A stretch of DNA of 64,000 bases from a virus. Taxonomy: Duplodnaviria; Heunggongvirae; Uroviricota; Caudoviricetes. The notes beneath the pieces are model-generated. The model was not told where the DNA came from. It was given only the letters and a program-made list of their open reading frames with translations, and made no database searches. Both the position numbers and the translations under genes were made by a program. The stretch lies in IMG/VR virus record IMGVR_UViG_3300019378_000003; one strand, 5' to 3'. Of the stretch, positions 11,532-20,410 are shown piece by piece; the stretch's first letter is position 1; the number at the start of each line of letters is the position of its first letter.

Positions 11532-12323
11532 ATGGCTTTATTTAAACCAATGTCCGGTTTAAGCACATCACTTAATAATTAGTCTTTAAAAGAAGGTTAT
11601 GCATATTTTACTACAGATGATGCTAAATTTTATATTGATTATAAAGATGGCAGTACTTTAAAAAGAAAAGCAATTAATGCAGATTTATATGCTACTTGTG
11701 CAACTGCTGCAGCAACCGCAGCGAAAGTTGCAACATTAACAACAACTGGTAATTTTGGACTTTTCACTGGCGTACATGTTACAGTAAGATTTACTTATGC
11801 TAATAATGTAGAGAATGCTACTTTAAATGTAAATAGTACTGGCGCAAAAGCTATTAGATATAAAAATGCTGCAATTACAAAAAATTATCTTAAAGCCAAT
11901 GGTACTTATACTTTCGTTTATGATGGTTCTTATTGGCAGCTAGTGGGAGAAATTGATACTAATACTAATACTCAAATGAGAGTATATCGACAGACTTCAG
12001 GATATAATAGTGCAGATTATCCTATTCTAGTAAGTCGAACTGCAACAACTGATATCGGTACTGCTGGCACCAATAGTTCATATTCAGGAGTATATGCAGT
12101 TATAGGACAAAATGGTACATATACTCCAACCATTAATCCTCATACAGGATTGATAGTTGCTAAAGGTAATGTAAAATTTCCTGCTGGTGTAGGTTCAACT
12201 ACAAATCCAGTATATATTAATGCTTCTACTGGTTTAATTACTGCTACTGGATTAGACTTATCTCCAATTACTGATGCAATGATTTATGAAATTACTGGTT
12301 ATACTGCTGCCGATTTAGCATAA
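11532..12323 (+). CDS. Hypothetical structural protein (about 263 aa)
   Basis: RBS AAAGGAG plus ATG. Continuous with one TAG. Thr/Ala/Gly/Asn-rich beta-type composition typical of virion proteins. No specific family recognised. Confidence 0.4.
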
Positions 12324-12341
12324 TAAGGAGGTAATTATAAA

Positions 12342-12467
12342 TGTCTATCTTTAAAAAGAAAAAAATTGATGAAGAATTAGAATTTGAAACTGCTGATACA
12401 ACAGAAAATGATGAGCAGGTTTGGATTCGAAAGGATGGAAAATTAGTTTTAGTTGAGGAGGATTAAA
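12342..12467 (+). CDS. Small acidic protein (41 aa)
   Basis: RBS AAGGAGG plus ATG. Translation is MSIFKKKKIDEELEFETADTTENDEQVWIRKDGKLVLVEED*. Confidence 0.25.
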
Positions 12468-12468
12468 A

Positions 12469-13371
12469 ATGGTTACAATTAAATTGAATACTCAAGATAA
12501 AATGGTAACTATGTTACAATACACCTTCAATACTAAAGTAAGTGGAACCGCAGATGCAGAATTTGTATCTGCGGTTAAATCTTATCAAAAAACCAAGAAA
12601 CTTACTGCTGATGGTATTGTTGGTAAAAATACATATAAGGCTCTTCTTGATGATTTCCCAACTCTTAAAAAGGGTAAGAATAAAAAAAGTAATTGGAATA
12701 GAGCTTGGCAGTCATTTCTTGGAGTAAAAATTGATGGTATCTTTGGTTCTGATACCAAGAAAGCCACTAAAGATTGGCAAAAGGCTAATGGTCTTACCGT
12801 TGATGGCGTTGTAGGAGATGCCACTCTTTCTAAGGCTTTTGGCATTACCGTTTCCGTTTCCGCGCCGAGCACCTCTAACGGCACTTCTGTTGTAAATAAA
12901 CAGCCTGTAAATTATAAGCAGTATGATTCTCGCTGGGGTAAAATCGTTTACACCAAGAATAATACCTATGACAAGAAACAGACTATTAGTAATTCTGGAT
13001 GCGGTCCTACCGCCGCGGCAAATATTGTTGCTACTTGGTGGGATAGTTCCGTTACTCCTGCTACTCTTGCCGCTTTATCTGTAAAGCATGGCTATCGCAC
13101 TTCTAATAGTGGTACTGCTTGGGGATTCTTTAAATTTATTGCTGAAAAATATGGCGCCTCTAAATTCGTTCAGACTAGCTCATATGCTACTGCTGAAGCC
13201 GCAATTAAAGAAGGCGCTTATGTTGTATGTTCCGTTGGTCCTGGTGTTTGGACTAAAGGTGGTCACTTTATTACTTGGTGGAAAGTTGATAATACTTATG
13301 TATATATTAATGACCCAGCAAGTGCTAGCTCTTCTCGCGCTAAATCTAAGAAGAGTAATCTAAAAAATTAG
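12469..13371 (+). CDS. Endolysin: two peptidoglycan-binding (PG_binding_1-like) repeats plus a C-terminal papain-like Cys peptidase
   Basis: An intact 300-aa ORF. It carries duplicated 'LTADGIVGKNTYKAL' and 'LTVDGVVGDATLSKAF' repeats. A Cys-His segment follows: 'NSGCGPTAAANIVATWW...GGHFITWW'. It contains no TAG codons. A holin gene lies immediately downstream. Confidence 0.55.
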   Translation: MVTIKLNTQDKMVTMLQYTFNTKVSGTADAEFVSAVKSYQKTKKLTADGIVGKNTYKALLDDFPTLKKGKNKKSNWNRAWQSFLGVKIDGIFGSDTKKATKDWQKANGLTVDGVVGDATLSKAFGITVSVSAPSTSNGTSVVNKQPVNYKQYDSRWGKIVYTKNNTYDKKQTISNSGCGPTAAANIVATWWDSSVTPATLAALSVKHGYRTSNSGTAWGFFKFIAEKYGASKFVQTSSYATAEAAIKEGAYVVCSVGPGVWTKGGHFITWWKVDNTYVYINDPASASSSRAKSKKSNLKN

Positions 13372-13413
13372 AAAAAACAATTCTTTATTTTTTATAAGTA
13401 AGGAGAGAGTCAA

Positions 13414-13783
13414 ATGGATCCAAAATTAGAAAAAAGAACGCTTAATAAAATATATTCTTTATTAGGTGGAGTAGATAAAAAATGGTCTTTTTCAAAGATT
13501 ATGTTTTTATTAATCTTTCTTCTAAGTGTTGGTATCGCTGTCTACTCTTGTATTACTATGTGGATATTCCAAGATTTGTCAATGTTGGAATGGTTAATTC
13601 CCGCAGTTTTTGCCGAATGTGCTGTTGTGTCAGGCTTTTATTCATATAAAGCTAAAACAGAAAACCAATTAAAAATTCAAACACAACAAATGCTCATTCG
13701 GCATTTTTTGTCTGAATAGGGAGTAGATACAGAAGATGCCTATCCTTAGGAAGTAAATTATGAATCGGAGGAAGAAGAATAAT
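13414..13783 (+). CDS. Holin (two predicted TM helices)
   Basis: Two hydrophobic segments, 'IMFLLIFLLSVGIAVYSCITMWIF' and 'WLIPAVFAECAVVSGFYSY', with a charged C-terminus. Two TAG codons lie in the tail. Its position after the endolysin supports the call. Confidence 0.5.
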
Positions 13784-14183
13784 GGATTGGATTCAGGTTT
13801 TACAAGAAGTTTTTAATTTAGTTTTGATTCCTCTCTTGGGTATTGTGGCTAAGTATTTTATTCAATTTGTGTCAATTAAAATTGAAGAAATTAAAGCTAA
13901 ACAAACCAATGAAGAGGCTATTAAATATCTCGAATAGATTGATAAGGCTGTAACAAATTGTGTTATTGCTACCAATCAAACTTATGTAGAGTCAATGAAA
14001 AATAAGAATGCTTTTGATGGAGAAGCTCAGAAGGTAGCTTTCCAAATGACTTATGATGCACTTATGGCTACATTAACTGCTGAAGCTAAGAATTTCTTGG
14101 TTATGGCCTATGGCGATATAGAAGTTTATCTTCGTACGCTCATTGAGGCAAAAGTTAATACCAATAAAATTGTGCAATCTTAA
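13783..14183 (+). CDS. Holin-like protein (N-terminal TM plus long cytoplasmic domain, LL-H-type architecture)
   Basis: ATG overlaps the upstream TAA. The N-terminus 'VLIPLLGIVAKYFIQFV' is hydrophobic and is followed by a long soluble domain. One TAG. Confidence 0.35.
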
Positions 14184-14191
14184 CAAAAAAT

Positions 14192-14233
14192 CGGCGATTG
14201 TTTTGTGCAAACAGTACAATCGCCCTTTTTTTA
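14192..14233 (+). terminator. Rho-independent terminator
   Basis: Stem GGCGATTG...CAATCGCC followed by TTTTTTTTATTTT. Confidence 0.55.
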
Positions 14234-14348
14234 TTTTACAGAAAATTAAAGGACTTTGACTGTAAATTTTTTGTTAAGAAAAATCAATATATAATGAAAG
14301 GGCAGGGGACAAACCCAAAACGAAGTCCTTTTAGAAAAGAGGGGCGAA

Positions 14349-14714
14349 ATGCAATATCCTAATTATCCAAATTACTATTAGACCCAATAGCAATCGACTC
14401 CCCGTTATATTGGTTTAAAGGGGAGACCCGTAGCCTCACTTGATGAAGTGAGAGGAACCACAATTGATTTTGATGGTTCAGTATTTTTCTTTCCGGACTT
14501 GGCAAATAAACGAATTTACACTAAACAAATTAACATGGATGGCACAGCAAGTCTAAATGTTTACGAATTAAAAAATATGCCAATTGAAACATCTAATAAT
14601 TATGTGACAAGAGAAGAGTTCGAAATGGCATTAGGGCAAATATAGAGTCTATTGAATACGACCCCGACGGCAAATCCTGAAAAGAGTTCTCACTCTATTT
14701 CCGCTCAATTTTAA
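14349..14714 (+). CDS. Hypothetical protein (about 121 aa, 4 TAG)
   Basis: ATG follows AGAGGGG and is in frame with track ORF 14448..14645. It extends to TAA at about 14712. Confidence 0.3.
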
Positions 14715-14730
14715 GGAGGAATGAAGACAA

Positions 14731-14964
14731 ATGAATAGACAAATACAAGGTATAGTACAATAGATAAGAAGAGGTCAAAATCCATAGCAAGTAATGTTAA
14801 ATATGCTATCTCGGCAAACTTCACCAATGAGCGCTAATTTATATAATTTAATACAATAGGGCAGAACAGGAGAAATAGAACAAATCGCCCGAAATATTAT
14901 GAAACAGTAGGGCAAAGATTTCGATACGGAATTTAAAGCTTTTAGAGATTCTCTTGGGCTTTAA
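14731..14964 (+). CDS. Small Gln-rich protein (77 aa, 5 TAG codons)
   Basis: RBS AAGGAGG plus ATG. The sequence is MNRQIQGIVQ(Q)IRRGQNP(Q)QVMLN...NLIQ(Q)GRTGEIEQIARNIMKQ(Q)GKDF..., where each bracketed Q is a TAG codon. About 6.5% of its codons are TAG. Confidence 0.35.
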
Positions 14965-15006
14965 ATAAATAAATTTCAAAGGTCTAATTTAAGGAGGAAT
15001 TGTCTA

Positions 15007-15797
15007 ATGTTTAATCAAAGCAACGGATACTCTTTGGCCGATATTGCGGCCGCAACTACTGGCACAAATGGCAACGGTGGCTTCGGCAACTGGGGCGATG
15101 GCTGGTGGATTATTCTTTTGTTCCTATTCGCTAATGGAAATGGTGGATGGGGTGGAAATGGAACCCAAAGCGAAATATCTTATGGCTTTGACATGAACGG
15201 TTTAGAGAATGGCATCCGCGGCATTCAGAACGGCCTATGTGATGGCTTCTATGCTATGAATACTGGTATGTTAAATTCAACCGCTCAGCTACAAAGCACA
15301 ATGGCCCAGGGATTTGGCGGTATTAATACTGCTATCGCTGGACTCGACGCAAATTCACAGAGAAGCTTCTACGAAGGTACAATCGCAGATATGCAAAATC
15401 ACAATAGTCTTATGGCTCAGCTTACTAATATGCAGGCAGATTCTGCCGCATGTTGCTGCGAGACCCAGAGAACACTTGAAAGAAATTTTGCTGATTTGAG
15501 TTATCGTTTAGCGACTCAAGATTGTGCTACCCGACAGGTGATTAGTGATTCTACTAGAGACATTATTGATAATCAGAATGCTGGTGTTCGCTCTATCCTT
15601 GAATTCTTAACTTAGGATAAGATTGCCGCACTTCAGGCTGAAAATCAGACTCTCAAGTTTGCCGCATCACAGTCTAACCAGAATGCCTTCTTACTTAGTC
15701 AGTTGGCTCCAAAAGCAATTCCGGCATATTTGGCACCTAATCCATACACTGGAACTTGCTACTCTTTTGGATACAACGCCATGAATACTTGTGGATG
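15007..15797 (+). CDS. Hypothetical protein with Gly/Trp/Asn-rich N-terminus and CCC cluster (about 48% GC)
   Basis: RBS AAGGAGG. Track ORF 15007..15615 continues through one TAG to TGA at about 15795. The N-terminus reads 'GNGGFGNWGDGWWIILLFLFANGNGGWGGNG'. Confidence 0.4.
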
Positions 15798-15819
15798 ATA
15801 AATAAAGGAGGTCGCATAT

Positions 15820-16239
15820 ATGGAAATAACTGCTAATGCTTTACAAACTGTCTTAGAGGATCAAAATGTGCTATTCACTGAAACTCCTGTTTCGGGGAAT
15901 TGTTCCATAATGCATCGTGACGGTAGCGGCCTAACCGCATTGCGCGGAATGACTCAATAGTGTAGAGCCCGTTATAAAGTTACCTTTGGAGGCAACATTG
16001 CTCTACCTGCCGACGGTGCCGCAGGACCAATTAGTCTTGCTATTGCTCTCAATGGAGAGCCCGTCAATACAACTTTAATGACCGTAACGCCTACTGCTAC
16101 TGAAGCATTTTTTAATGTCTTCAGTGCCATTTTTGTAGATGTTCCTGCTGGTTGTTGCGCTTAGTTAAGTGTCAAAAATACTTCTGGCGTCACCATTGAA
16201 GTCCAAAATGCTAATTTAATTGTAGAAAGGGTGGCGTGA
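15820..16239 (+). CDS. Hypothetical protein (139 aa, 2 TAG, GC-rich)
   Basis: RBS AAAGGAGG plus ATG. The C-terminus 'TEAFFNVFSAIFVDVPAGCCAQLSVKNTSGVTIEVQNANLIV' hints at a beta-sandwich (C1q/BclA-C-like) fold. This is speculative. Confidence 0.35.
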
Positions 16240-16240
16240 T

Positions 16241-16880
16241 ATGAAATAGCTAAAAATGATTAAAGGCTGTCTTGAAAGTGCGGTTGCCGCACAAGCTACA
16301 GACTTGTCTAACGTAAATGCGCAGGAACTTGGCTTAGTAGTCGATATGATTAAAGATTTATCTGAAGCAATTTATTATTGTAAGAAAATCGAACATATGG
16401 ACGAAGAGGAAGAATTATTAGAAAAAATGGCTAAACAGGGTGGGGAAACTTATCAGCGAGATATGGACCGGCAGCAAAAGAGGATGTATTACACTGAGCC
16501 TGGAATGGTTCATGGTCATAATCCTTGGAATCGCCAAGAACCTCATTGGGAAGACCGTATGTATTATGATGGAGGCCGTTCGAGTGGCGGCAACACTAAT
16601 AATGGGAGTAATACTGGTTCTTCGAATGGAGGGAGTCGAAATTACACAGAGCCAATGATGAGAGACGATAGAGAAGGACGTAGCGGCTCTCAGCGCCGGA
16701 CCTATATGGAGTCTAAACAAGGACATCACGATAAAGCAATTACAATGTAGAAATTAGAGTTATACGCTCAAGATTTAGTAACGGATGTTCTTGAAATGCT
16801 TTAGGATGCGACTCCAGAAGAAAAGTCTTTGTTACATAAAAAATTAGTTGCTTTATCTGAGAAAGTGAAGACTTTATAAT
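16241..16880 (+). CDS. Hypothetical protein (Gly/Ser/Asn-rich with Met/Tyr-rich repeats)
   Basis: ATG 16241 plus one TAG, then track ORF 16256..16750. It plausibly continues through TAG 16748 to TAA at about 16878. Contains 'RMYYTEPGM' and 'DRMYYDGG' repeats. Confidence 0.3.
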
Positions 16881-17192
16881 GTTGATAAATGGGGAGGAAT
16901 GGCAAATTGAATTTGTTCCACCCGACCATTACATGCTTTATACAAGTGCAGGTAATTATACTCTAGGTGTTTGTGATGATAGATTAAAAACTATATATAT
17001 AAATAATAAATTATCACGACAAAAATTACGCAAAGTACTTTGCCACGAAATTACTCACGCGGCAATGTTTAGTTACAATGTAGAAATGTCCCTCGCATAG
17101 GAGGAATTGGTTGCAGACCTAATCGCTACCTTTGGCAGGGAGATTGTATCTCAAACAAATAAGGTGCTAAGAGATCTAATAATAGTTGAGTA
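16879..17192 (+). CDS. Small HExxH zinc-metallopeptidase-like protein
   Basis: Contains 'VLCHEITHAAMF'. One TAG. It is the last gene before the bidirectional terminator. Confidence 0.4.
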
Positions 17193-17202
17193 AAAAAAAA
17201 TA

Positions 17203-17240
17203 AGGGGAGACCAGAATATTCTGGTCTCCCCATTTTTTTT
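17203..17240. terminator. Bidirectional rho-independent terminator at the convergence of late (+) and early (-) modules
   Basis: AAAAAAAAA, then GGGGAGACCAGAATATTCTGGTCTCCCC, then TTTTTTTTATTT. Confidence 0.65.
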
Positions 17241-17242
17241 AT

Positions 17243-17734
17243 TTATTCATGATGTTCTTCATGCTCAAGTTCAGCTTGAGTCTTAATAGGTAACTCACGA
17301 ATCTTTACAATCCACGAGTCTACGTGCCCGTTACCGCCCAAATCTTTGTAAGTTACAAACCGTTCATTGTAATCGGCAAGTTGTTCAGGCGTTATATAAT
17401 GTTGTTTTAGGTAATTTTTACCATCAACAATTAATTCTCGCAGATGACTTGATAAAATAGCTTTGCGAATGCCGTGAGTATTTTCTTCAATTTTATTCAA
17501 AACGTTATCCTGTAAATAATCTATTTTCTTTTCAAGCTTGTCTTCTTTTGCTTGCATATTTTGGATAACTTTACTTTCTGCGAGGTGTGCATCCCACTCC
17601 TCTTGGTCTTGAACTTTTTTTCCTGATTTAAAAGTTTTTACAAGAGGGGTTACTAATAGAGAAAAGGCTCCCGCGCAACAAAATGGGACAGCCCATTTTA
17701 TTACATATTCTAAGATATTCAATTCCTCCATCAA
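17243..17734 (-). CDS. Hypothetical membrane-anchored coiled-coil protein
   Basis: An intact 163-aa ORF with an N-terminal hydrophobic helix (AVPFCCAGAFSLLVTPLV) and a charged helical remainder. Confidence 0.4.
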   Translation of the reverse strand: MMEELNILEYVIKWAVPFCCAGAFSLLVTPLVKTFKSGKKVQDQEEWDAHLAESKVIQNMQAKEDKLEKKIDYLQDNVLNKIEENTHGIRKAILSSHLRELIVDGKNYLKQHYITPEQLADYNERFVTYKDLGGNGHVDSWIVKIRELPIKTQAELEHEEHHE

Positions 17735-17797
17735 AAGTCATCTCCCCTTTCTATATATAAGAAAATAGGGGGAAGATGATGACCCTGAGTTGGCCTC

Positions 17798-18302
17798 TTA
17801 ATCCCATTCGATGGCATTATTTTGTTGAATTACCTCACTATATCCAATACAAATAGCATCTGCTTCATCCTAAATACATTTAACGCCATAAGTATCAAGC
17901 ACCCATTGCTAAGCAACTTTCTTTTGATTTTCTCTATGCTTGTCGTTGCCGGCGAGGAATTTACAATTTTTACGCCATTCACTTGGATATACTAATTTAT
18001 ATGGAACTTGCTTTTGAATACAAACTCTCATAATAGCACCTTGAACTTGTGCTAGTTTCTAAAAGGTTTGAACATTGCCTTCTCGGTTGCCGATTTGCTG
18101 TAGCTAAATATTTTCAATAAGGACGATGTCTGGCTCGTCATCATCTATTTTGTTCTCAATTTCCTAACAAAGGTTATTGATACGAATAGCTACGTCGTCA
18201 GCCGTGTGCGACCAATGCCCAAAAGATTTTAATTCTCCATTCTCAAAAAAAGACCAGCCACTCACACGAGTGGACTGGTCTAATGCTAAAATTTTATTTT
18301 TC
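17798..18302 (-). CDS. ruvC: RuvC-like Holliday-junction resolvase (about 6 in-frame TAG)
   Basis: Minus-strand translation gives 'KILALDQSTRVSGWSFFENGEL...' at the N-terminus and 'IQDEADAICIGY' near the C-terminus. These match the RuvC ILGIDPG and DAADALAIA motifs. It is invisible to a standard-code ORF finder. Confidence 0.55.
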
Positions 18303-18887
18303 TTATTCACTTGTCGAACCAAATCCGCCATCGCGTTCAGCAGTTACTTCTGCTTCATCGGCGCAGACTCCATACGGAAGGAGGATACCCTGACCGAAAC
18401 ATTCGCCTCGTTGGATTTTGATTGGGAATGGAGCCAGATTAATAATCTGGAAATAAATATGACCCTCATTATCGGGATTGTTATAATAATCAGCATCAAT
18501 GATGCCTACGCCATTGCCAAGAATAAGCCAGTGCTTCAACGGCAATGAGCTACGGACACTTAACTGAAGATAATGTCCGTTGGGAATTTTGCACTTAATG
18601 CCAGTCGGCACAAGATTTACCTTACAATTACCATACTTAAAAACCGCAGCCGCATCAGCAAGAGAAAGCGGCAAGGCTTCATCATAAGCTTCAAGACTAT
18701 CATAACAACGAGTAATTCCTCTTGCTACATTATCCTGCCATTCGTCCCCATTGTAAGGATAAATTACTACGTCTTCAGCGGCACAAAAGTCATAACCAGC
18801 AGATTCCTTAGTCTTACGAGTAGGAATTATAATAGTAGGATCTTCAGCATACTTGCTGATTTTCTCAAATTTAGCATTAATATTCAT
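18303..18887 (-). CDS. dut: dUTPase / dCTP-deaminase-family protein
   Basis: An intact 194-aa ORF with 'KESAGYDFCAAEDVVIYP', the dUTPase-fold motif. Confidence 0.55.
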   Translation of the reverse strand: MNINAKFEKISKYAEDPTIIIPTRKTKESAGYDFCAAEDVVIYPYNGDEWQDNVARGITRCYDSLEAYDEALPLSLADAAAVFKYGNCKVNLVPTGIKCKIPNGHYLQLSVRSSLPLKHWLILGNGVGIIDADYYNNPDNEGHIYFQIINLAPFPIKIQRGECFGQGILLPYGVCADEAEVTAERDGGFGSTSE

Positions 18888-19107
18888 AAATCACTCTTAC
18901 CTGACTAGTAGGTTCCTTCTCTTGATTTACAATTTTCTTTACCTTAACAACCTGATATTCTTCTTCGGTTTTCTTGTTAAATTTAGTAGTATAAGAGAAA
19001 CTCTGAAGCTCATATTCCATAGCCTCGTTCATTTCGTCTCGCATTGCGAGAGCTTCTTCAACAGTGTCTACACGATAAGTTTCTACAACATTCAAAAGAC
19101 TCTTCAT
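18877..19107 (-). CDS. Hypothetical protein
   Basis: Track ORF, 76 aa, acidic and Lys-rich. Confidence 0.3.
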   Translation of the reverse strand: MKSLLNVVETYRVDTVEEALAMRDEMNEAMEYELQSFSYTTKFNKKTEEEYQVVKVKKIVNQEKEPTSQVRVIYEY

Positions 19108-19356
19108 TCGGCAAGTTCCATCCTTACTTCAGTACTATAATGTAAATTAGAGGTTAGGTAATTATTAAGAATATCGGCTAAACCAATACCCATTTCAGTA
19201 GTTTTAATACAGGTAATATTGTGTGCCATTACAATAGTGGCGAGTTCTCTAATCTATTCTTCGGCAGTTTCTCCTGTAAGAGTATAATAAGTCTCCTCTG
19301 GAATAAATACAGAAGAATGACGAGTAAACTAATTATTCATCCAAAATGCTGTCATC
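19104..19356 (-). CDS. Hypothetical protein (about 83 aa, 2 TAG)
   Basis: Reconstructed by reading TAG as sense. ATGA overlaps occur at both ends. Confidence 0.25.
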
Positions 19357-19855
19357 GCACCTCTACAACTCCTTCATCATATGGGAATAAGTAGAAGCAA
19401 TGATAAACACCTTTGTCTTGCCAATTAGCCCAAATGGAGAAAGCACCATTAGTATCTTCTTCCATCATTTTTACTGGGCCAACACATTCAAATACGTCAC
19501 ACAAATCCCGCCAGAAGAATTCGTCATATTCAGAACCATCCCAGTCCAAATGGAATAAAGTATAATAATTATTCTGATTACAAAGTAACATAAAATAATT
19601 AGCATATCTATAACCATCGCCATCTTTTCCATTGAACCAATTCAAGAAATTTTCTTTCATTTGTTCTAGAGGCATATCGGGCATCTGCGCGACCATCATC
19701 TAATTAAGTTCATACAAAGATACTTCTACTTTTGGAGCTTCTTCACCTTCCGGCACTTCAAATGCTTTTTCCATGTTTCCTCGCTCTTTTAGTAGCTCCA
19801 GTAAATTTTCGTACTCTTCGGGCTCAACATAGTAAGCGCCATTTTCTTCTCTCAT
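19352..19855 (-). CDS. Hypothetical protein (about 167 aa, 1 TAG)
   Basis: RBS AAAAGGAG plus ATG at about 19855. The frame is continuous through a TAG into track ORF 19352..19699 and ends at TGA. Confidence 0.35.
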
Positions 19856-19890
19856 AAAGAATACTCCTTTTTCTCATTTTCTACATTATA

Positions 19891-20379
19891 TCATAATTTT
19901 TTTTCTCTGTCAAATTTGTGGATGCGCTGATTAGAACTTCCACGAAGATATAATGTGACATCTCTTAACTCTTCTTCATATCGACCATCAATAAGATAAT
20001 CAATATTCTTCAAGATATAATCCATATGCGGATTACACATATCTTGTAATTCTTCTAAAGTATAACCACTCCAAATGTAAATTGGAGTATTTGGAGATTT
20101 TTCTGCTACTGTTTTTACCAAAAGAGTAGTAAGAAATAAATTCTCCTGACAAAGAGGTTCCCCGCCCAAGATACATAATGATCTATCAATATCTTGGGCG
20201 TGAAGCTTAACAATTAATTCATCTAGCAAAGTGGAGGGAAACTCCTTGCCTCCTTTAAAGTCCCAAGTTCCTGGATTATGACATCCAGGGCATCTATGAG
20301 GACATCCTTGTGTGTAGAATGATACGCATAAGCCATCACCGGCGGCAATATCATTCCATAATACATCAGCATATCTCAT
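19891..20379 (-). CDS. nrdG: Anaerobic ribonucleotide reductase activating protein (radical SAM)
   Basis: Contains 'GDGLCVSFYTQGCPHRCPGCHNP', the CxxxCxxC NrdG signature. It lies directly downstream of nrdD. Confidence 0.75.
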   Translation of the reverse strand: MRYADVLWNDIAAGDGLCVSFYTQGCPHRCPGCHNPGTWDFKGGKEFPSTLLDELIVKLHAQDIDRSLCILGGEPLCQENLFLTTLLVKTVAEKSPNTPIYIWSGYTLEELQDMCNPHMDYILKNIDYLIDGRYEEELRDVTLYLRGSSNQRIHKFDREKKL

Positions 20380-20410
20380 GTTTCTTTCTCCTTTAAAGAA
20401 GGCTAATTTC

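Noticed and set aside
14236-14348. A structured GC-richer intergenic segment (GGGGCGAAATGC...CGACTCCCC, CCTCACTTGATGAAGTGAGG) that might be a tRNA (suppressor) or ncRNA
   Set aside because: No T-loop (GTTCRANYC) or cloverleaf could be drawn. Part of it is better explained as RBS plus start of gene 14349..14714, where the hairpin lies inside coding sequence. No tRNA was found anywhere in the window.
1-17192. Possibility that the fragmented late ORFs are pseudogenes or a degraded prophage
   Set aside because: TAG is the only interrupting stop. TAA and TGA still terminate genes cleanly. TAG falls on a conserved Gln in HNNxQPY three times. Reading TAG as sense gives continuous homology across every break.
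18177-18548. + strand ORF of 123 aa in the early region
   Set aside because: It is antisense to the RuvC-like and dUTPase genes. It has no RBS and is low-complexity.
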